From positions 32,001 to 96,000 of IMG/VR virus record IMGVR_UViG_3300014019_000001: 64,000 bases of DNA; one strand, given 5' to 3'. Positions within the stretch are counted from its first letter, which is position 1; the number at the start of each line of letters is the position of its first letter. A program made the translations under genes and the position numbers. This document shows positions 26,347 to 35,691 of this stretch, piece after piece. This DNA is from a virus (lineage: Duplodnaviria; Caudoviricetes). Under the pieces are notes generated by a model that searched no databases, was not told where the DNA came from, and saw nothing but the letters and a program-made list of their open reading frames with translations.

Positions 26347-29012
26347 CACAGATCCTCGGAATAGAGCGACGGCCCCTTGCTGTCGCTGATGATTTGCTTG
26401 GCGCGCCAGGCAATACCGTATGCCTCGACGCGGTTGACGTAGCGCCCGGTGCTTGTGACAAAGCCTTGGCATTGCGGGATCATGGCCGACCCGTTCAGCC
26501 CCATAGTCTGATCCATGGTCTGGATGATCGTGTGATGGCGCGCCGGTGGTGGTAGACTGACTATGGCGCCGAAATAGACGGCGGCCGCAGCTATGCGTTC
26601 ATCCATTGCGAATCCTCGCTATTTCAGCCTGAACCTCTTCCAGTTGCTGTCTCAGCATCCGCTCTCGAACCATCAGCGGCGCCAGGCGCTCAAGCTCGCC
26701 AATGACCGTCTCTGCGATCTTTTGGTGGTCGTCGAAATCATCGGGAACGATTGTGGTGAACTCGATTCTGTGGTGCATGCGAACGGGCTCGTAATTGGCC
26801 ATCAGAACCTCCCGAAGTTGGGGTTTGCTTGCTTCATGTCGGCGGTGAGCGCATCGACCAGCCGGGCGTGCATCTGCTCGCCGATGACCTTTGCCATCGC
26901 TAGGGAAGGGTATTCTTTGCCGACGCGGCGGTCTCCGACCCTGATGGTCCAGAAGCTGCGAGGTCCGGCTGCAGGGTTGGGGTTGCGCGGATCGTGCGCG
27001 TCACCTCTCACCCGGATGATGTCGACCTTGGCTGCCGGAAACACCTCGTTCTCGAAGGAGAAGTCTGGCGGCGATGGCGGCAGAGATCGCGGCCAGGTGA
27101 AGGACAGCTCATCGATCCAAAAATGCGTGATAGCCTTCCCGGAAAGCGTGCCGCGATCCTTGAGCTTCGTCAGGGTGAAATCGGACTTAGGATAGGGCGT
27201 TGGCAGTGCCATATCGATGATCGGCAGTTTTCTCATCTTGCCGAGGTCGTCTTCAAACTCCAGGGAGTAGCTGGTCAGAGCCATCTGGGCACCACATGGT
27301 CCACACGGTTGAATGGAATGAAGACCGAATTGCCATGAGTGCCCGTGTCGAGAAACAACTGCGTGTCCTGCTCGGTTTGCAGCTCCAGGAAATACTCATT
27401 CATCGACTTCAACGTGCCTTGGAAACGATGCCCCGAGAGCGTGGTGACGATCAGCTCGAAGGCTTTGCCCTTCGCCTGCGTCTCGATGTGTTTCAGAATC
27501 CGATAAGCGCTCATACGTGTGCCAGCTCCCTTCTCACCCGGCGGATCTGCGAAATGACGTTCTTGATGGCGCGGCGGTTGTTATCGCCGGTAGTCTTGCG
27601 GGGAACGACGCCGGCAAGCTGGCCGCATACCCGGATGTGGTAGTGGCGGGTGCCATTCTCGATCTCCCAGTCGTCCTGCTTCTCGAGCTCCGTCATGAGG
27701 ATCGGCGGAAGGCGGTTGCTCACGTCACAGCCCTCGGGAACGACACGACGTTGGTCGCCGGCTGCTCGGGCTCCTCCTTCTTGACGGGCGCGGCCGCCGG
27801 CGCCTCGATGACCTCTTCGACTTGCTCATCCGTGGGCACGACGCAGCTCGCCAAGCGCAGATAGGCGCCGCCGATCTTAACCTTCAGTATGAAGCGACCG
27901 GGCGCAGGCTGCGTGATTACGAGCCGGCCGGACGCCAGCGCTGAGTTGATCAGGTATTCGACGATCATCGTTCACTCCTTCGCTAAGTCAGTTATTACTT
28001 AGTATAGCGAGAGAGTGAGCGGGTTGCGTTTGGATTCAGTCGGCCGCCGCGAAACGCCGCTCCGACCAGTTGGCGAAAGCGGCGTCGGCCTTGGTCTCGG
28101 TCAGGCGCAATGCAGAATCGACGGCGTTGATGAACACGCCACGGTCGGCTTCACTGTATTCTGCAAGGCTCGCCTTGATCGGGCACTCCTCGCCGGGATG
28201 GCGCGCGGTATAGGCCCGCCGCATGGATGCAAGAAAGCCCTCGGCGGCGAACTCAAGGCGCAGGCGGCTCAAGCTCAAGATTCAACTCCTTCAGTAGGCG
28301 GCGGACGTCGGCGTAGGTCCAGGTCTTCCTGCTCTTCGACGGCCCATAGGCTGTTTCGTTCAGGGCTATAGCGATCTCGTGTCCGTTCGCGTCCGTCTTC
28401 AATCGACGGATATTCAGAACGACCGGGGTCAGAGCCCGAAGCATTTCCTCGTGATAGGCACGTTTCGCGGCATTCATGGCTGGAATCGCCAGCGCGCCGC
28501 GCTCCTTGGCTGTCATCGGCCGGCGCAAGAGCATCATGCCCGGCGCCAGATCTTCGATCAGTGTGGGATCGATCGCCAGGAGATCTTTGATGAGGTCGAC
28601 GGCGTGCTCTGCCCCAGCCTGCATGTCGAGGCGGTCGAACGAAATCTCCTGTCGGACCGCCTCTTTGAGCCTAGTGCTTGGCGACATCGATCAACTGCTC
28701 CGGCCCCACGACGCCCTCGGCGATCTCGTAGAGGATGGACATGATCTGCTCGTTCTGGAGCGCGACGCTGAGCGCCATCAGGCGCTTGCCGATTTCGAGC
28801 TGGGCGAGCTCGGTCTCACCCCACTTCTCCGGGTTCTCCTTCAAGGAACTTATTCCTGTCGAAAAGACCTCAACTTCGCCATTAACGCGAAGAATGATGC
28901 CGCAATCGCCCTCTTTGATGAGCGGCTCATCGGTTCTCGGCTTGGGGGACAGGGTGTCGAACAAGCTCGGAACTGTGGTTTGGGACATCTGACTGCAAAC
29001 TCCTAAATTCAC
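26343..29012 (-). other. Array of short hypothetical ORFs (26343..26606, 26599..26802, 26802..27284, 27275..27514, 27511..27723, 27720..27968, 28036..28278, 28253..28687, 28671..29012)
   Basis: Tightly coupled ORFs behind two AACCC-box promoters (about 28002-28026 and 29042-29066). Confidence 0.6.
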
Positions 29013-29171
29013 TCAATTTTATGTGCTTTTGTGCTTTTGCTGTTATAGCAGACGTGCATCGGGTCTTGTTGGCAATTCTACAGGTTGTTGTGAAACAAAT
29101 GAAGAACATTGTTGCCATCCTAGGATGAACGGCGTTATATGGGGTAGGTCAGAATTCCTAGTGGAGATATC

Positions 29172-29441
29172 ATGAGAGAGACGCAATTCAACGAGGAAGT
29201 GGACGCGCTGACGGAGGCCGTGCTCGTCGCCATGGAGGAACACTTCAAAATCAAAGGCTTGCACTTTGAGAGGGCGAATTTCGTCAGGGAGACGTCGGCC
29301 GACCTGGACCAGATCAGCCGGGAGGCTTACTTCTTCGGGGCGGAAACATTTCCTGACATCGAGCGCTCCGCCGTGGAACGCGTCATTCCGGCGCCGTTTC
29401 GACGACCTTCACCGCTTCCTTCAGCTCACTTTCCGTCATGA
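29172..29441 (+). CDS. Hypothetical protein
   Basis: GGAG RBS; oriented opposite to its neighbours. Confidence 0.5.
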   Translation: MRETQFNEEVDALTEAVLVAMEEHFKIKGLHFERANFVRETSADLDQISREAYFFGAETFPDIERSAVERVIPAPFRRPSPLPSAHFPS

Positions 29442-29702
29442 GCGCGCACTGCTGGCGCTGGTAGATCACCGTTTCGCCCTTGTCGTTGAACTTGGGCGGC
29501 GCCATGCTCTCATTGATCTGCGCGACCTGACGCTCGCATTCCTTGAGGGGCAGGACGTCCAAGACTTTCGTGTCGATCCTCGGCTCGGCGGTTCCGCCGA
29601 TCATCTGCACCAGGATTATCACGCCAACAAGTTTCATCTCTACCAGCCTTCGGTTCCGGAGTTGCAATGCGCGATTGTAGCCGCGCATTGCACTTGTAGG
29701 AA

Positions 29703-29999
29703 TCATGTGACGCGATTGGAAGACCAGTTTTTCTTCAATTCGCAAATTCCCCGGAGCGCGTCTTCGTGGACATAGTTCGGGTGACGATACCAGAAGGCGA
29801 GGGCCTTCTCGCAGAGCACGATTTCCTTTTCCGCCTGGCGTTTCTCGACAGGTGACGAGCGTGGATTGTCGCGAACGAATTTCAGGAAGAGGAGCTGATC
29901 GTAATGCTTCAGGTAGTGCTTGGTGCCGTTCCACTTCCAGACGTTCAATGCAGGCCGGTCAGCACCTGCAACTCGGCTCGTATCATAGAAATAGGTCAT
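29703..29999 (-). CDS. Conserved phage hypothetical protein
   Basis: Start trimmed to MTYFY; EKRQAEKEIVLCEKAL.FW.RHPN motif. Confidence 0.65.
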   Translation of the reverse strand: MTYFYDTSRVAGADRPALNVWKWNGTKHYLKHYDQLLFLKFVRDNPRSSPVEKRQAEKEIVLCEKALAFWYRHPNYVHEDALRGICELKKNWSSNRVT

Positions 30000-30111
30000 A
30001 GCGTTTTCTCTCTTTAGCGATTTAGCTAATTGAAGAGTAGCGCGCTCAGACGAGGAATGCGGCTGGCTGTTGCGACGTTGGGAAGGAACCCCATGGGACG
30101 CGCCGCCCATG

Positions 30112-30140
30112 AAAAAGCCCAGGGCGCGAACCCTGGGCTT
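30112..30140 (-). terminator. Rho-independent terminator
   Basis: AAGCCCAGGG-TTCGCG-CCCTGGGCTTTTT on the minus strand. Confidence 0.8.
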
Positions 30141-30166
30141 GGGGCCGAGACTGCTTGGGAGGAGGA

Positions 30167-30706
30167 TTAGTCTTCGGCCACATTCCGGACCATGAGCGGG
30201 CGCTGGGAGAGGCGCAGCGGCTGGTCCGAGAACAGATAGTCGCCGTGCCATTCGACATAGGCGTTGGTGTCGGCGGTGAAGAAGAAGATCCCCTCGGTAT
30301 TCTCGCCGTAGGCGCCGTCGTAGTCGGGCTGCTCGATCTTCTCAAGGACGGTCGTGCCGCCGACGGAGAACTTCTGCGGCGCTTCGCCGGCCATCAGGTA
30401 GCTCTTGAGCGACGTGACCTTACCCCGGATCGGGTATTCGGCGACGACGTTGCCGTAGGAGAGCAGGTAGATGTAGCCGGACATGTTCTGCTGGTTGATG
30501 CGCTCCAGGCGCTCGACCAGGTTCTTGCGCTCCAGCGACGTTTCGAGACGCGGATTGGGAATCGCGTTCATGAGACGCTGCTGGTTGCTTTCGACCTGGG
30601 CTGCGTTGCGCTGCGTGGTGGTCGGCTCGGCGGGCTCACAACCGGCGAGAACGGCAAGAGCCATGAGGCCGGCGAGCAGCGCGTAATGATGGCGGGTGCG
30701 GGACAT
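30167..30706 (-). CDS. Phage lipoprotein
   Basis: Lipobox LAGC. Confidence 0.7.
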   Translation of the reverse strand: MSRTRHHYALLAGLMALAVLAGCEPAEPTTTQRNAAQVESNQQRLMNAIPNPRLETSLERKNLVERLERINQQNMSGYIYLLSYGNVVAEYPIRGKVTSLKSYLMAGEAPQKFSVGGTTVLEKIEQPDYDGAYGENTEGIFFFTADTNAYVEWHGDYLFSDQPLRLSQRPLMVRNVAED

Positions 30707-30715
30707 TGACGATCC

Positions 30716-31144
30716 TTAGTTCAGCTCCGCCGGCAGATCGCTCGTGCGGAAGAGGTTGCGATTGGCCATCTGGGTCTTGGCGTTGTATTCGGCGACCATC
30801 TGGGCGCGCTGACCACGGAGACCGAGGAGAACGTTGTTGAGGCGCGCCCACTCCTGGCGATCCTCGAACTTCCAGGTGGAGCGCGCACCGGCGCTCTGCT
30901 CGAAGGATGCAAGCGACGCCTCGGCCGCGCCGATCTTCACGCCGATCGCCTGAACGTCCTGGTATTGCCGTTTGAACCACTCGTAATTGTGGATCATGTT
31001 GTCGGCGTTGAAGGTGCGCTCCGCTACGCCCGAGGCGGCGCGGAAGGGCAGGGTGAGAATGCCGGCTACAGAACCGGCGATCACCAGGCCGGATACGATG
31101 CCGATGGCAGCAAGTCCGGCTACGAAGATTTCGCGGGCTTTCAA
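30716..31144 (-). CDS. Membrane-anchored coiled-coil protein
   Basis: N-terminal TM helix; NYEWF...EYNA motif. Confidence 0.65.
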   Translation of the reverse strand: MKAREIFVAGLAAIGIVSGLVIAGSVAGILTLPFRAASGVAERTFNADNMIHNYEWFKRQYQDVQAIGVKIGAAEASLASFEQSAGARSTWKFEDRQEWARLNNVLLGLRGQRAQMVAEYNAKTQMANRNLFRTSDLPAELN

Positions 31145-31245
31145 GTTCGCTTCCTTTCAGGGCGATAGAGCATCCAAGCGCTCACCGCCAAACCGATCAG
31201 GAAGGGTCCGAGAACAGCGGCGGTGAGCGCGAGTTTCATGGTCGA

Positions 31246-31590
31246 TTAGCCGCGACGACCGACCGGGCCGCCGGCGTGAAGGCCGAAGAGGGTGGCGAGG
31301 ATCGCTTCCGGCGGAATCGTGAAGCCAGCGGTCTCGCATTCGCACGGCGGCAGTTTGGTCGAGTCGACGCCGAGCTCTTCGAGCTGGTCGGAGACCTTTT
31401 CTTCCTTCTGGGCGAGTTCGATGAGGGCGAGCTTCTGGAAGGTTTCCAGGGTGTTCTGGGACAGATCGACGTGAGCGCCGGAGCCAGCCGCCACGCGAAC
31501 GCCGAGGTCCTCGACAGCGGCAATCTGGGCACGGATTGCCGTCAGTTCGGACGACAGCTTGGACACCTGGTTGAGATCGGAAATGTGCAT
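31246..31590 (-). CDS. Hypothetical protein
   Basis: AGGAG RBS; AACCC-box promoter upstream. Confidence 0.6.
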   Translation of the reverse strand: MHISDLNQVSKLSSELTAIRAQIAAVEDLGVRVAAGSGAHVDLSQNTLETFQKLALIELAQKEEKVSDQLEELGVDSTKLPPCECETAGFTIPPEAILATLFGLHAGGPVGRRG

Positions 31591-31691
31591 TCTTACGCTC
31601 CTTTTGCGTTTCGTGATGCTCGTCTAACTCATCACTTACTTACTTTATAGCGAGTCAGACGCTGGGTTACTTGTGGTTTCTGTCGGTGTTA

Positions 31692-33122
31692 TCAGGCTGC
31701 TTCAGGAAGCTCTGCCACCTCCTTGTGCGTTGCCAACATTGCCTGGTGGGCGCGCTCGCGCACGTCGGCGAAGCTGGTGAGCTGGCTCATGCCGTCGCTG
31801 TAGACGACCTTCAGGAGGTTCTTGAGCTTCTCGTCCGGCCGAGCTTCGCTCTCCTTGATCGCAATGAGCCCGTGGCCGGTGTCGATGACGATCTGCCGCC
31901 CCGCCTTGGACGTCTTGGCGGGATCGGTCGCAGGCTTCTTCTGCAGGTCCGCCCAGCCGGCGCCGGTATCAATCGCGTTCGCCTTCATCGCGAAGTTGAG
32001 GTCGTTACGCGAATGCCCCTGGAGCAGCCCGCCGCCCATGCCAAAGGCGATATTGTCGATGGACCAGCGATTTTCGATCAGCGCGCGGCACAGCCGGCTG
32101 ATGGAGTTGAGGTTCATTCCGTCACCCTGGATGACGCCGATCTTCTCGTGGAGCACCTTGAAGCCCTTCGAGTTGGTGGTGCCGCCGAACTTGTTCCAGA
32201 GCGTTTCGAGCACCTTGATGGGCGTCGTCACCGGGTCGCCGGAGTCTGGCCGGATGATCAGCTTGCCGTCGATGTTCTGGATCTTCTCCTTCAGGCTGCT
32301 GCCGTAGATGTTCTCCAGGGCGTTGAAGAGGTCGTAGCTGTCAGAGACGACCGAGAAGAGACCGTCGCCGAACTTGTCGAGCATGTTGCTGTAGGCATCG
32401 GTCTCGTGCTGGCGGCCCCATGCAGTCATCGTGGAGTGCTCGGATGCGGGGATCGAGAAGCCGGCGCACCCGTCCTTCTCCTGGTAGACCCGGCGAACGG
32501 CGAGAAGCGCCTCAAGGGTGTCGGTGCCCTGGAAGTTCACCAGATGCGCCATGCCACCGATGCCGGCAGATTCACCGGACGACACGCCGCGCCCGCCGAA
32601 GTCGTGCAGCTTGAAGGCGATATCCGGAGCGTCAGAGGTCTTGAGAGCGGTGTCGTAGATGATCACCTTGGTCACGAAGGACAGCGTTGCGACCGAGGTG
32701 GCATACCAGACAGCGCGCAGAAGGGCCGTTTCGATGAAGCTCGTCAGCCACGGAACCTCCGGGTCGGTGTTGCGCACCTGGACCAGCGGCGTGCCGCGCT
32801 CGACGATGGAACCTTCGGGAAGCGCCTCGATCTCCAGCGGCAGGTAGCCGTTGTGATGCTTCCAGATGTGCAGCCAGCCGTCGCGATTGAAGGGCAACCC
32901 GTGCTTTTCGAGGAGTTCCCCGGCTTCATCGATGTCGCTCAAGGTGATCGGCTTCATCAGGTAGTCCTGAATGAACGCCTGGATGCCGAAGAACAGCACC
33001 TTGCCGTCGACGGCCGCGTTCCCACGCGCCTCGATGTAGGAGGACACGAACTTCGTGCCTTCCGGGTATTGCAGGAAGTGGGAGTGCTTATAGCTGTCAC
33101 TCGCCAGGATGATGTTGACCAT
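31692..33122 (-). CDS. nadV: Nicotinamide phosphoribosyltransferase (NAMPT)
   Basis: SDSYKHSH, LHDFGGRG, ASEHS, SVVSDSYD, IRPDSGDP, IQGDG. Confidence 0.95.
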   Translation of the reverse strand: MVNIILASDSYKHSHFLQYPEGTKFVSSYIEARGNAAVDGKVLFFGIQAFIQDYLMKPITLSDIDEAGELLEKHGLPFNRDGWLHIWKHHNGYLPLEIEALPEGSIVERGTPLVQVRNTDPEVPWLTSFIETALLRAVWYATSVATLSFVTKVIIYDTALKTSDAPDIAFKLHDFGGRGVSSGESAGIGGMAHLVNFQGTDTLEALLAVRRVYQEKDGCAGFSIPASEHSTMTAWGRQHETDAYSNMLDKFGDGLFSVVSDSYDLFNALENIYGSSLKEKIQNIDGKLIIRPDSGDPVTTPIKVLETLWNKFGGTTNSKGFKVLHEKIGVIQGDGMNLNSISRLCRALIENRWSIDNIAFGMGGGLLQGHSRNDLNFAMKANAIDTGAGWADLQKKPATDPAKTSKAGRQIVIDTGHGLIAIKESEARPDEKLKNLLKVVYSDGMSQLTSFADVRERAHQAMLATHKEVAELPEAA

Positions 33123-33135
33123 CAGCGTCTCGCTT

Positions 33136-34164
33136 TCAGAGGAAATTGGAGATGAGGTTGTGGTGGTCCTCGAAGAACAGCTCCGGGGACAGATCATCGA
33201 AGGAATACCAATCGGCTTTCGCCGCATCATCGCCGCCTTCGACCTTCGGCAGATTGACAGGGGTAGGAATCTCGAAGTGGTAGACCATCGAGACGATCCG
33301 GCCGCGCAGTGAGCGGTGCGGATTATCTGCGACCATGTGGCCGACCATGTAGTGCTCCAGATCGTTGATCGAGAGCCCGGTTTCTTCCCTCAGTTCACGG
33401 CAAGCGGCATCAAAGAAACGCTCGTTCTTGTCCACGAAGCCGCCGGGCATCGCCAGCGTTCCTCGACCGACAGCTTTGCCGCGCGTGACGAGAAGGATCT
33501 TGCCCCGGTGCACGACAAGCGCGTCAGCGGCCAGGAACGGGCCGGCACCATAGGTTTGACGCCCGACCTGGATCGCGTCCTTGTAGGCGACAAGATCCTT
33601 GAACTTCTCGGACAGCGCGAAGTCCTTCAGCCAGGCGAGAACGCTCGGCGACACGGCGTCGTGGGGCATGCGCGGGAGCCGCCGAATGTAGTCCTCGCGA
33701 ATATCCGACGCATTGATGGTGCCGTGCTGCGTCGTGAGCTGGATCGAATCCCATTGAGGGAACATGTTGAGATAGTATGACGAGGCGTCCTTGCCGTAGC
33801 CGGCGAGGGAGATATCCGCGTCCTGGGTGCCGTGAAGCTGGACACCGCCCTTATTGAGGTGGCGCAGGACGATCTGGTTGACCAGGCCGCGCAGCTCACC
33901 GGCCCATGCTGTATCCGGATCGAAATCCTCAAGCAGGGCGACGACCAGACGGCCGGTGGCAACTTCGTGCCGGAACACCGCCTCAATCATGGCGCGGCGC
34001 TCGTCGCCGGTGAAGGGGTTGACCGGCGTGCGTGCCTGATAGGCACTGCCGACGACGACAATCAGCGTATCGACCTTGGAGAGCGCCTCGCGGATCACAT
34101 GCTCATGACCGATGTGAAGCGGCTGGAAACGTCCGATATAGACGCCGAAATGGGGCTTAGACAT
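33136..34164 (-). CDS. nadM: Bifunctional NMN adenylyltransferase / Nudix (ADP-ribose) hydrolase
   Basis: GRFQPLHIGH; Nudix box GGFVDKNERFFDAACRELREETGL; FFEDH. Confidence 0.92.
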   Translation of the reverse strand: MSKPHFGVYIGRFQPLHIGHEHVIREALSKVDTLIVVVGSAYQARTPVNPFTGDERRAMIEAVFRHEVATGRLVVALLEDFDPDTAWAGELRGLVNQIVLRHLNKGGVQLHGTQDADISLAGYGKDASSYYLNMFPQWDSIQLTTQHGTINASDIREDYIRRLPRMPHDAVSPSVLAWLKDFALSEKFKDLVAYKDAIQVGRQTYGAGPFLAADALVVHRGKILLVTRGKAVGRGTLAMPGGFVDKNERFFDAACRELREETGLSINDLEHYMVGHMVADNPHRSLRGRIVSMVYHFEIPTPVNLPKVEGGDDAAKADWYSFDDLSPELFFEDHHNLISNFL

Positions 34165-34489
34165 TCATCAGGTTCCTCTCGATGCGGAAGGTCTGCTCAC
34201 CGCAACGCACGATGTTGCCGTCAATCTCGTCCACCGGATCGGTGTAGAAGGTCTGGCCATCGGGCTTATTGGTGAAGCCTTGAGTGGTGCCGCCGACGAC
34301 TACGCGGTTGGTTCCCACATCGAGGAAGCGGGCATTCTTGAGCACTCCCAAAAACATTCTCGTCTCTCCAAAATGAGTAATCGCTGACTTATGTGTCGGC
34401 GCGCGTCGAAGCGACCTTTGCTCGCTTCGATGTTTCATCATCGCAGCATATGAGCAGGGTTGCGGCAGGGGCTTTTCGGTTAGTGCAGG

Positions 34490-35110
34490 TTACTGGCTCG
34501 CCCAGACCACACGCGCCATCCACTCGACATCGGCGTGGTCGAGTGTTCGGTTCGGGTGCTCGGGATTGAGCGAGACAAGCTCGATGGCGCGGGGGCTTTG
34601 GCGTTGCAGGCTTTTGACCATCACCTCGCCCTCGCGCGTCCTTACGACGACGCGATCGCCACGGCGAACCTGCGCGCCCGGCTCGATGATAAGGATGTCG
34701 CCGTCACGGTAGACCGGCTGCATGCTGTCGCCTTGGACTTCGAGCGCGTAGTGCCCAGGTTTGCCGGGAAACTCTACGACATCCCAGCCTTCGCCCGTGG
34801 GAAAGCCGCCATCGTCAAAGAAACCGCCGGCGCCCGCCTGGGCGAAGCCCAGAAGAGGCATCGTGGCTGATTTTGGCCCCGTCGGCGCGGCTATCTCGAA
34901 AAAGTCATCGATGCCTGTGCCGGTTGCATCAAGCAGCTTCGCGATCGATTCCGTGGACGGCCAGCGCTGACGGCCATCTGCGCCCTGCCGCTTGGACTTG
35001 TTGAAGGACGTTGGGTCCAGCCCTGCACGGCGGGCAAGGCCGGAGGGTGAGAGACCGCGACGCTGGGCGAGGTTATCGATCGCCGCCCAAATTCTGTCGT
35101 GAGAGAACAT
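34490..35110 (-). CDS. HTH / S24 peptidase (LexA/CI-like) transcriptional regulator
   Basis: N-terminal HTH, AQAG cleavage-type site, GDSM serine and VMVK lysine; start trimmed to MFSHD. Confidence 0.9.
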   Translation of the reverse strand: MFSHDRIWAAIDNLAQRRGLSPSGLARRAGLDPTSFNKSKRQGADGRQRWPSTESIAKLLDATGTGIDDFFEIAAPTGPKSATMPLLGFAQAGAGGFFDDGGFPTGEGWDVVEFPGKPGHYALEVQGDSMQPVYRDGDILIIEPGAQVRRGDRVVVRTREGEVMVKSLQRQSPRAIELVSLNPEHPNRTLDHADVEWMARVVWASQ

Positions 35111-35228
35111 GAAGGGAGATCCCGATATGGCTGTGGACCGGCAAATGCCGGTCCTTTCAAGCGCGAACATAGAGGATGATTCCTATTCAGTAAAGGAGAA
35201 GCAGGATTATTTTCCTGTATGAGTGGGA

Positions 35229-35648
35229 TCAGCCGTCGAGGGCGTCGAGACGCTTGAGAATTTCGTCCTTGGACAGCTTGGTGATCTCTTCGCTTTCCTT
35301 CGCGGCGTAGGCTTCGAGCAGCTTGCGACGCTCCTCGGCATTCGAGGCGCGCTTGGCGGCGGCTGCGATTTCAGCCTGCTTCACACCGATGATGTGCTTG
35401 AGGATTTCGAGCTTCGCCTCCAGCTCGCCGACGCGCGGATCGGGCTTCGCGCTGACGAACGAGCCTTCACCGATAGACTTCAGCTCGGCGTTGATAGAGC
35501 GGGCGATCGTGTCGAGGTCGGTCTTGACCTCGCGCGTTGCGCCGGTGGCGACGAGGGGAAGATCCCAGAGCTGCTCGGTGGAGAGCTCGCCCTTCGCCGA
35601 TGCGAAACGGTATTTCTTGCGGGTGGCGGTTTCAAAGATGTTCGACAT
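35229..35648 (-). CDS. Conserved phage protein
   Basis: MSNIFETATRKKYRF..KG.LS.EQLWDLPL; start trimmed. Confidence 0.75.
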   Translation of the reverse strand: MSNIFETATRKKYRFASAKGELSTEQLWDLPLVATGATREVKTDLDTIARSINAELKSIGEGSFVSAKPDPRVGELEAKLEILKHIIGVKQAEIAAAAKRASNAEERRKLLEAYAAKESEEITKLSKDEILKRLDALDG

Positions 35649-35691
35649 TTTCCAGTTTCCTTGTGGTTTTCGAGGGAAGGTGACGCCCGGA

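Noticed and set aside
29092-29107. Second SOS box (AAAC-N7-GAAC) upstream of 29172
   Set aside because: There is a mismatch in the first half-site and it is far from the start codon; too weak to call.
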